A program made the position numbers and the translations under genes. Under the pieces are notes generated by a model. It was not told the origin of the DNA and made no database searches. It worked only from the letters and a program-made list of their open reading frames with translations. This document shows positions 37,480-45,992 of a stretch of DNA of 64,000 nucleotides, one piece after another. The stretch comes from Verrucomicrobiia bacterium (GTDB lineage Bacteria; Verrucomicrobiota; Verrucomicrobiia; Chthoniobacterales; UBA6821): the NCBI GenBank assembly GCA_026398175.1, contig JAPLTJ010000121.1, positions 3,357 through 67,356 of the forward strand. Reading direction: 5' to 3'. How positions within the stretch are numbered: position 1 is the first letter of the stretch; every line of letters begins with the position of its first letter.

Positions 37480-38469
37480 TCAATCCTCTAAATCAACCGG
37501 ATGATTTTTTAACGCTGGCAACCATTCGTGTGCCCAAGCAATAACGCTATCGATCCCTTCTTCTAATTCAATATTAGGGTGCCACTGAAGTTCGCGATGA
37601 CTTTTGGAATTATCAAGAAGATAGGCAGCATCTTTGCCAGGACGATCTTCAGCAAGAGTTATCACATCTTCCAAATTAACATTCATGCGAGTGCAAATTA
37701 AGGCAACAAGATCACGGATTGAAATAAAACGATTGGTAGAGAGATGATAAGCCTCTCCTGGTGCTCCCTGGCGCGCTGTCTTTAAAGTGCCAGAGACAAC
37801 ATCATCAATATGAATAAAAGATCGCACTGCATGGCCTCCACCATGAAGAGGAATTTTTTTTCCTAACAAGATAGAAAGAATCGCACGAGGAATGATGCGA
37901 TGCGTTTGTTGTCCGGGGCCATAAACGTTTGCGGCGCGAGTAAAGACAACAGGAAAGCGGTCATTTTTAAAAATAGTGTTGAGGTGCCATTCGCAAGCGG
38001 CACGCGATGTAGCGTGAGGAGTGCTGGGATTAAAAGAGTTGCTCTCGGTAGCAAGCTCTTGGCAATGTCCATAAACTTCAGGGGTGGAAACGTGAACGTA
38101 TTTTTTAAGGAAAGAACAATGTTTTAAATGATCATGAAGTTGAGCATTGCTAAAAAGATTCGTTCGATGCCACTCTTCGATTCCTTGAGTATTTTTTAAC
38201 GCTCTTCGCTGCGCAGCAAAATTGATTACGTAATCTGGTTGGTAAGCGGCAATCGTTTTAGCTATTTCTTTTGTATGCTGATTAAGGTCGAGTTGTTCAA
38301 AAGAAAAATTGTGAGCAGCTCCCTTTTTCCAATGATAAGGTGTAAAAGGGATGCTCGGCTCTATCGAGCGGCTAATTCCTAGGACGCTGGATTCTTGCGA
38401 GAGAGCATGATGAACAAAGTGGCTTCCTGAAAAAGAATTGCTTCCAATAACAACGATTTTTCCGTGCAT
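37480..38469 (-). CDS. NAD-dependent epimerase/dehydratase (NDP-sugar 4,6-dehydratase-like SDR)
   Basis: VIGSNSFSGSHF Rossmann variant, STPEVYG and the SDR fold length. Confidence 0.75.
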   Translation of the reverse strand: MHGKIVVIGSNSFSGSHFVHHALSQESSVLGISRSIEPSIPFTPYHWKKGAAHNFSFEQLDLNQHTKEIAKTIAAYQPDYVINFAAQRRALKNTQGIEEWHRTNLFSNAQLHDHLKHCSFLKKYVHVSTPEVYGHCQELATESNSFNPSTPHATSRAACEWHLNTIFKNDRFPVVFTRAANVYGPGQQTHRIIPRAILSILLGKKIPLHGGGHAVRSFIHIDDVVSGTLKTARQGAPGEAYHLSTNRFISIRDLVALICTRMNVNLEDVITLAEDRPGKDAAYLLDNSKSHRELQWHPNIELEEGIDSVIAWAHEWLPALKNHPVDLED

Positions 38470-38497
38470 TTTTTTTGTGGCTTGTAGTTCGGTCCGG

Positions 38498-38520
38498 AAT
38501 TATTATTTGAAATAACAATT
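38498..38520. promoter_or_regulatory. Near-perfect 9-1-9 AT-rich palindrome upstream of sufC (candidate Fur/IscR/SufR-type operator)
   Basis: AATTATTATTTGAAATAACAATT. A TATACT -10-like hexamer lies at 38542-38547, 16 nt before the sufC ATG. Confidence 0.35.
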
Positions 38521-38563
38521 TGGTTTTTGAGATAGAGAAGATATACTGTACAGGAATTTTATT

Positions 38564-39310
38564 ATGAAGACACTCTCTATTCGCAATCTCCATGCTTCTA
38601 TCGGCGAGAAGCCAATTCTTCGAGGCCTCAATTTAGACATTCCTCAAGGGGAAGTGCATGCCATTATGGGAAAAAATGGTTCTGGAAAAAGCACTCTCGC
38701 AAAAGTCATGGCAGGACATCCCGACTATACGGTGACGGAAGGGGATGTTTTACTCAATGGGCAAAGCATTCTTGGCATGGAGCCTGATGTACGGGCGCGT
38801 TTGGGGCTCTTCCTTGCTTTTCAATACCCCATGGAAATTCCAGGAGTGACCATCGCCAACTTTATTCGAGCTGCAGTGCAGGCTCGTCTGCCTGAGGGAG
38901 AAGAGTTAGAAGCCACGGAGTATTACGCAAAGCTTTACGCTAAGATGGATGAGTTGAGTATTCCTCGTGCATTTACTTCGCGTTCGGTGAATGAAGGTTT
39001 TTCGGGTGGAGAAAAAAAGAGATGTGAGATTTTGCAAATGGCGATGCTTCAGCCGAGCTATGCCGTGCTTGATGAAACAGACAGCGGCCTTGATATTGAT
39101 GCGCTCAAAGTTGTTTCTTCAGGAGTCAATGCTCTCCGAGGTCCAGAGGTTGGAATGCTTGTCATCACGCACTATCAACGGCTTCTCGATTACATCGTTC
39201 CTGACAAAGTCCATGTCATGGGCGAAGGAGAAATTGTCTTGAGTGGGGATAAAGATCTGGCGCTCAAACTCGAGGCTGAAGGCTACGACTGGGTGACGGC
39301 AAAAAAATAA
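38564..39310 (+). CDS. sufC: Fe-S cluster assembly ATPase
   Basis: [17 protein letters not shown] and the [11 protein letters not shown] motif. Confidence 0.95.
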   Translation: MKTLSIRNLHASIGEKPILRGLNLDIPQGEVHAIMGKNGSGKSTLAKVMAGHPDYTVTEGDVLLNGQSILGMEPDVRARLGLFLAFQYPMEIPGVTIANFIRAAVQARLPEGEELEATEYYAKLYAKMDELSIPRAFTSRSVNEGFSGGEKKRCEILQMAMLQPSYAVLDETDSGLDIDALKVVSSGVNALRGPEVGMLVITHYQRLLDYIVPDKVHVMGEGEIVLSGDKDLALKLEAEGYDWVTAKK

Positions 39311-39410
39311 TTCACAGGGATAGAAGCGATAAAAGAAGTTTTATTTTTAGCGCTTTTTAGCGAATTTAGCGGTTATGCTTTTATCTCTCATCCCTTTCAT
39401 CGCTGTAAAT
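39311..39410 (+). repeat. Arm pair in the sufC-sufB spacer, same sequence family as 14444-14637
   Basis: TTCACAGGGATAGAAGCGATAAAAGAAG (starts 1 nt after the sufC stop) and CTCTCATCCCTTTCATCGCTGTAAAT (ends 16 nt before the sufB ATG). The complementarity is weaker (core AGCGATAAAAG / CTTTCATCGCT). Confidence 0.6.
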
Positions 39411-39426
39411 CTCTTTCCTCTTTCTT

Positions 39427-40839
<1,413 letters not shown>

Positions 40840-40888
40840 AAAGAAGCATTAGCCACAAAGTAAAACAAAAAATATTTAGAAACACTCT

Positions 40889-41133
40889 TGTCCAAAATAC
40901 ACCAATCAATAGAAGAAAAGCAGCAACTAGCCACACCGCCATCATTCGAGCGGACGCTGGAATCCAGCGACTGACGATCTTTATTTTTGTTTTCGTAAAA
41001 GTGTTGTTTAATCCTCCTCAATCTTTTTAAATTTTTTTGACGCTACTACTCAAATGTGAATTGACCTTCACCTGGATTCCAGCGTCCGCTGGAATGACGG
41101 TTAATCGAGTTGTCAAATAGCATTGAAATAAGA
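40889..41133 (+). mobile_element. MITE-like repeat, copy 4 (3' terminus truncated), between sufB and sufD
   Basis: TGTCCAAAATAC at 40889. Palindromes at 40943-40966 and 41074-41100. The core GATCTTTATTTTTGTTTTCGTAAAAGTG is shared with all long copies. Confidence 0.65.
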
Positions 41134-41185
41134 TTTTCTTCTTCTTTCTTTTTTATTGTACGTTCTTCGTAGTTAATTTTTTTAT

Positions 41186-42454
41186 ATGAATATTATTTCC
41201 GAATATCAGATTTCTTTAGATTTGCCGGCTTGGCTTGTCCAGCAGCAAGCTCACGCCTGGGAGCAATTTTTAAAACTCCCACAACCAACACGTCATGATG
41301 AACAGTGGCGTTTTTCCAATTTAAAAATTCTCGATCTTGCTCGGTGGCATCTGGCATCGGCACCGGCAAATGTGGATGCTTTGTTAGCTCGTTCTCAAGG
41401 AAGTGCTGATCTTGCTGCTAAGCTCGTCTTTGCTAATGAGCGTTTGATTTCACGAGAGATTCACGATCTTCCTGAAGGCGTTCTGCTGCTGCCATTGGAA
41501 GAGGCAGCTCGTGATCATGAGGCCTTGTTCCAGCGCTATTTCATGAAGCATCCTGCTCTTCTCGGTTCAGCCAAGATCGCAGCGCTTCATCGTGCGCAAC
41601 TTCAAACGGGAGTCTTCCTCTACGTGCCAGCTGGAGTGAAGATTGAAAAACCGATTGAACTTTGGCATTGGAGCGAGGGAGATCATGCCGCCATTTTTCC
41701 ACACACACTCGTCGTCTGTGAGGAAAGGAGTTCTGCGTCCGTCATTGATCATTTTTTCTCGATGAACAACGAGGCCTCCTTTGTTGCAGGAGTGAATGAT
41801 TTGATTGTAAAAGCAGATGCTCATCTCAAATACATTGCGGTTCAAAATTGGAGTCGTGAAACAACGGCGTTTCATTTGAACACGACCGATGTTGGCAAGA
41901 ATGCTGTTGCTACCTCGCTACAGCTCAACTTAGGAGGCCGGTACATTCGTACGGAGAGCAACAGCCGACTCTTAGAAGAAGGGGCACGAAGTGTGATGCT
42001 TTCAATCAATCCAATAGATGCCGATGGTGAGATAGATCAACGGACCTTTCAAGATCACCTTGCTCCGAGTGCTACGAGTGATTTACTTTATCACAATGCT
42101 CTCGATGATCGTTCAAGGAGTGTTTTTTCCGGGCTCATCAAAGTTGGAACAGCTGCTCATGAGACCGACGCTTATCAAAAAGTGCGCAATCTGATGCTGA
42201 GTGATGAAGCCGAGGCCAACTCCATGCCAGGACTCGAGATCTTAGCCGATCGGGTTCGCTGCTCCCACGGTGCGACCTCGGGAGAACTCAATCAAGATGA
42301 ACTTTTTTATATGATGGCGCGCGGCATCCCTCCACAAAAGGCTGCGAAGCTGATTGTCCGTGGATTTTTTGAAACAGTTTTAAGACGTCTGGAAGAACCT
42401 TCGTTAGAAAAATATTTTGGACAGTTGCTGAATCAACGATTGGGGTTGGATTAA
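41186..42454 (+). CDS. sufD: Fe-S cluster assembly protein
   Basis: SufB/D beta-helix family (VQNWS, RCSHGAT.G.L..DELFYM). Confidence 0.9.
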   Translation: MNIISEYQISLDLPAWLVQQQAHAWEQFLKLPQPTRHDEQWRFSNLKILDLARWHLASAPANVDALLARSQGSADLAAKLVFANERLISREIHDLPEGVLLLPLEEAARDHEALFQRYFMKHPALLGSAKIAALHRAQLQTGVFLYVPAGVKIEKPIELWHWSEGDHAAIFPHTLVVCEERSSASVIDHFFSMNNEASFVAGVNDLIVKADAHLKYIAVQNWSRETTAFHLNTTDVGKNAVATSLQLNLGGRYIRTESNSRLLEEGARSVMLSINPIDADGEIDQRTFQDHLAPSATSDLLYHNALDDRSRSVFSGLIKVGTAAHETDAYQKVRNLMLSDEAEANSMPGLEILADRVRCSHGATSGELNQDELFYMMARGIPPQKAAKLIVRGFFETVLRRLEEPSLEKYFGQLLNQRLGLD

Positions 42455-43509
42455 CTTCCAAATAAATAAGCCACTCCCGGACGCTGATAGCAAAAGCCGC
42501 TGAGAGCCGCTGTCGTTGAAATCTTTTTTCCAAGGCCCAGAAATTTAAACGAGCGGCCCATGGTCTCTGGGTGGAGCAGCGTCTGCAGAAGACGAAACTC
42601 TTTTTGCTCGGCTGTTGTGAGCGATCTTCCTTCAAACGTTCGTAGCCATGTTTCAGCAGCACCGATGAGAAAGTGATGCTGGTCACTGTAGCCGAGGATT
42701 TCAAAATTGCGTTGAAGCGCTTTCTCGGCGAGGTCGGTAAAATCGACATGGGCTGTGATGTCCCGTTTTCCAACTTCTTCGAGAGGATTGTCGTGGCGAT
42801 GATGATTTTCGTAGCAGGCAATGCTTCCTTCTGCGCGGTAAGAGGCAAAGCGATCGATTCCCGCATATCCATAATCCGCAATGAGGATTATGCCGCGCTT
42901 CATGCGTACTTCAATCTCTTGCAGCCAGGGAACGATGCCAAGTCTCACTTCCCATAAAAATTCAGGAGCAAGATTGTGAGGTAGTTTTTTTGCGACGCTC
43001 TGGAGTTCCTCTTGTTCGATCGGAAGCGTGACCCAAGCCTTTGCTGCTATGCGCTGTTCCAACCATTCCTCTCCATTCCAGCGGAGCAAGTCAATGGGGA
43101 AGGCATCCAGTAGTTCATTTGAAAAATGGAGGCCTTCAAATTCTGGGAGCTCTATGATTTTTTTTACCCAGGAAACATTTTGGTGTTGTTTCAATGTCTC
43201 TTGTTGTTTTTTTTGGTGAATAGAAAACGGTTCAACGATGTAGTAGTGGATTGATTTGAAAAAATCTGATGAGGCCTCCGCTGCCTCCAAGATATCGAGA
43301 GCCAGTCTTCCATCGTTGGCTCCTTGTTCTACAATCGTGAAGGGCTCTGGTTGTCCCATCTTTTCCCAGAGCTCTTCAAAAAAGAGCGCTAAAATTTTCC
43401 CGTAAATTTTCCCCACACTCACGTTAGTAAAAAAATCACCGGCTTTGCCAATGTGGACGCGACCAGAGGCGTAGTAGCCGTGCTCAGGATCGTAGAGAGC
43501 CTGCTCCAT
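42451..43509 (-). CDS. MidA/NDUFAF7-family (DUF185) SAM-dependent methyltransferase
   Basis: YYASGRVHIGKAGDFFTNVSVG and VEQGANDGRLA. The start was set at MEQALYDPEHGYY because the upstream track extension translates repeat DNA. Confidence 0.8.
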   Translation of the reverse strand: MEQALYDPEHGYYASGRVHIGKAGDFFTNVSVGKIYGKILALFFEELWEKMGQPEPFTIVEQGANDGRLALDILEAAEASSDFFKSIHYYIVEPFSIHQKKQQETLKQHQNVSWVKKIIELPEFEGLHFSNELLDAFPIDLLRWNGEEWLEQRIAAKAWVTLPIEQEELQSVAKKLPHNLAPEFLWEVRLGIVPWLQEIEVRMKRGIILIADYGYAGIDRFASYRAEGSIACYENHHRHDNPLEEVGKRDITAHVDFTDLAEKALQRNFEILGYSDQHHFLIGAAETWLRTFEGRSLTTAEQKEFRLLQTLLHPETMGRSFKFLGLGKKISTTAALSGFCYQRPGVAYLFGS

Positions 43510-43524
43510 GAATTCGGCGAAAGA

Positions 43525-43740
43525 CAGGCAGGAGGCTACAGGCTGGAGGCTAGAAGAGAGGCTGAAGGCGGAGGGCTGAAGGCTGAAGGAAAAGCAATTT
43601 TGAGTTGCTAGTTTATGATTCATGCTAGTTTTCTTTGTGGGCATTCTTTTTTGCCATATAAGAATTGTTTTCCATTAAAATGCGAGAATATCAAACTAAG
43701 TTTTCTTCAGCCTTCAGTCTTCAGCCCTTAGCCTTCAGCC
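43525..43740 (-). repeat. Arm pair (CTTCAGC family) between hypothetical gene 43740..45455 and the MidA-like gene
   Basis: On the minus-strand RNA, GGCTGAAGGCTAAGGGCTGAAGACTGAAGG pairs with CCTTCAGCCTTCAGCCCTCCGCCTTCAGCC as 10 + 10 + 7 bp, separated by a 2x2 and a 1x1 mismatch. The spacer is about 115 nt. Confidence 0.8.
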
Positions 43741-45455
43741 TATTTCAGAATCTCCCTCACATAGACATTGACCGTCCCATCATTTCCCTTTTTAACATCG
43801 GTAATCATAAAAGGGTGATCTTGATTGCGTGCAACTGAAGTCCCTTCAGCAGGAGGTACTGCTCCAGCAGGATAAGCAACGATGATGCGCATTTTTGTGA
43901 TGCCATCGGGTGTCAGCGAGGAATTATTTGATTGGTAGCGGAGGACAGAGCGGTCTTGACCAGAGGCTGTCACCGCAAAATCTCCTTGAAGATAAAGCCG
44001 CTCACCAGCAAGTCCCTGTTCTGCAAGATCGCGAAGTTGTGGTGCAGCGACGAAGCGTCCGCGAGGCATTTTTCCAGGGTCGTATGTTGGCCACAATGGA
44101 TTATTGGAATCAGGAAGAGGGCCTCTTTCGGTAATTGCCATTGGGGTTCCGGGAGCAGGAGCAAACGATGTAGGCGGCGGCAGACTGGATTGATTGGCAG
44201 CAGCAAGAGCTGGTGCCGCTTCTGCTTCGAGAGGAGTTGTTGAAGAAAGGGGCGTTGCTGTTGGAAGAGGCGCGACCTGTTTCGCAGGAGCCACTGGAAG
44301 CGCTACTGGAGTTGCAGGCAGCACTGCTGGCGTGTTCAGAGGAAGTGCACGAGCCACTTTTGGGGCAGTGACAGGCACTGCTTTTGCTGCGCGCGAAATA
44401 TTTTTTAAAAATGATTTTTTGGCAGAGGCCGCTAGTTTGTTAGAAATAATTTGTAAGATAAAGGCAGAGTTGGGCTGCACCGTTTGTTGTGTCCCTTCCT
44501 GCCTAGAAAACCCCATCTTCGTACGATAATCTGCATGCTGTGTCTCTGCCGAAATAAGATCTTTTGGAGGAAGCAAAGGAAGTCCTCCTTCGATATTGAG
44601 GTGAGCCGGTGGTGCTAGTGAAAAGAGAACAGGGCCGCTGCTTGTAGGTCCATAACTTCCATAAAGAAGCGAGATGGTGGTCAATTTTAAATGTCCATCG
44701 GGAAGTTTTTCAACATGCAGGATGGCGGAAAGGTCTAAAGGCTTTTCAAATTTAATCTCTTGGCCTGGAGTGAGCGCCTGCTCTAGAGGATTGAGATCAT
44801 TAGACATTTTTTCAAATTCTACTGCTGGTGCGACAGGCTGTGCTGCTCCACTATTAGTGCCAGTGAGTATCTCGTGTATACTGCGGGTCTGCGCATCAGA
44901 GATTCCTTTCACTTCACTAGCGCGATCGATTTTTGAAATAAGTTTACTGTTTACTGCCGGAAAAACCTGCTCCAAGAGGATTTCTGGCTGGTCTACTGAT
45001 TGAAGCAAGGCGCACATTCCTGGATAAAAAAAATTTTTTTTAGTGAGCGGAAAAGCAGCCAAGACGCGATAAGTCTCGGTGACATAGGGTGTCAAATCGT
45101 GCGTCTGATGATAATTGCGAAGAAAGTTAGAAAGGAGTCGATCGTTTAAGCGTCTCGTTTCACGTTGGCCGAGCGGACCAAAGCGCTCGAGAAGTTGTTT
45201 TGGTTTTAGGAATTCACCGCGCGGTGCTTCTGTCAACTCGAAGCGTTGAGGCTCATCTAATTTATGAAGCCTCATGAGGAGATGATAATTCACTGATTTT
45301 TCAGGATGCCCAAAAACATAGAAGCTTCCTATCCAGCAAAAAAGGGCAAACCCCATCAGCAAGAAGATAAAAATAGTCCACGCAAATATCCCGTCAACAC
45401 CATGGGCGCTGGCTCGTCGTGGTGTGGCGCTAGGAAAACGATTGTAATTTTTCAT
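43740..45455 (-). CDS. Hypothetical membrane-anchored protein with a Pro/Ala-rich linker
   Basis: One N-terminal TM (IFAWTIFIFLLMGFALFCWIGSFYVF), a PA-rich tract of about 90 aa and a C-terminal domain of about 120 aa. Start at MKNYNRF. Confidence 0.55.
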   Translation of the reverse strand: MKNYNRFPSATPRRASAHGVDGIFAWTIFIFLLMGFALFCWIGSFYVFGHPEKSVNYHLLMRLHKLDEPQRFELTEAPRGEFLKPKQLLERFGPLGQRETRRLNDRLLSNFLRNYHQTHDLTPYVTETYRVLAAFPLTKKNFFYPGMCALLQSVDQPEILLEQVFPAVNSKLISKIDRASEVKGISDAQTRSIHEILTGTNSGAAQPVAPAVEFEKMSNDLNPLEQALTPGQEIKFEKPLDLSAILHVEKLPDGHLKLTTISLLYGSYGPTSSGPVLFSLAPPAHLNIEGGLPLLPPKDLISAETQHADYRTKMGFSRQEGTQQTVQPNSAFILQIISNKLAASAKKSFLKNISRAAKAVPVTAPKVARALPLNTPAVLPATPVALPVAPAKQVAPLPTATPLSSTTPLEAEAAPALAAANQSSLPPPTSFAPAPGTPMAITERGPLPDSNNPLWPTYDPGKMPRGRFVAAPQLRDLAEQGLAGERLYLQGDFAVTASGQDRSVLRYQSNNSSLTPDGITKMRIIVAYPAGAVPPAEGTSVARNQDHPFMITDVKKGNDGTVNVYVREILK

Positions 45456-45477
45456 GGTTTTTTGTGAAAGGTAACAG

Positions 45478-45807
45478 CTATCGCTGCGGTTCAAATGACG
45501 TTCCGCATCCACAGCTGCGAGCCGCTCGCGGATTCATGATTCGAAAGCCAGTTCCTGTCAAACCTCCCTCATAATCAATAGTACAATCTGCGAGTTGCTC
45601 AAGGCTTTTTGCATCAATGAAAATAAAAGCTCCTTCTGATTCAATGACAGTGTCTCCTTCTTGCTGCGCTGCCAAGTTCATGGCATATTGCAGCCCAGCG
45701 CAACCACCTTGTTCGACAGCAAGGCGGAGACCTTGACCTTGAGGTGACTGCTTTTCTAGGACTAGTTCACGCACGTGCTTAGCCGCTTGTGGGGTAATGG
45801 AAATCAT
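45478..45807 (-). CDS. HesB/IscA-family Fe-S cluster insertion protein (ErpA/SufA-like)
   Basis: 109 aa ending with the CGCG.SF motif, plus an upstream conserved Cys (GGCAG). Confidence 0.9.
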   Translation of the reverse strand: MISITPQAAKHVRELVLEKQSPQGQGLRLAVEQGGCAGLQYAMNLAAQQEGDTVIESEGAFIFIDAKSLEQLADCTIDYEGGLTGTGFRIMNPRAARSCGCGTSFEPQR

Positions 45808-45816
45808 AAGAAGAAT

Positions 45817-45978
45817 GTAACGAGTAAAGAGTAAAGGGTAAAGAGTGCAGAGACCTTCAAGTCATCTCAGTTGTAGTTCATAAAAAAAATTATCCTATCA
45901 GATCAAAATTAAATATTAAAAATAAAATAAACCTACCCAAGAACTCTTTACCCGTTACCTTTTAGCCTTTACTCTGCC
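45817..45978. repeat. Arm pair (GTAAAGA / CTCTTTAC family) in the divergent iscA-mutL region
   Basis: GTAACGAGTAAAGAGTAAAGGGTAAAGAGTGCAG and CTCTTTACCCGTTACCTTTTAGCCTTTACTCTGCC flank a very AT-rich spacer of about 93 nt. Confidence 0.75.
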
Positions 45979-45992
45979 TTTATTTTTTTTCC

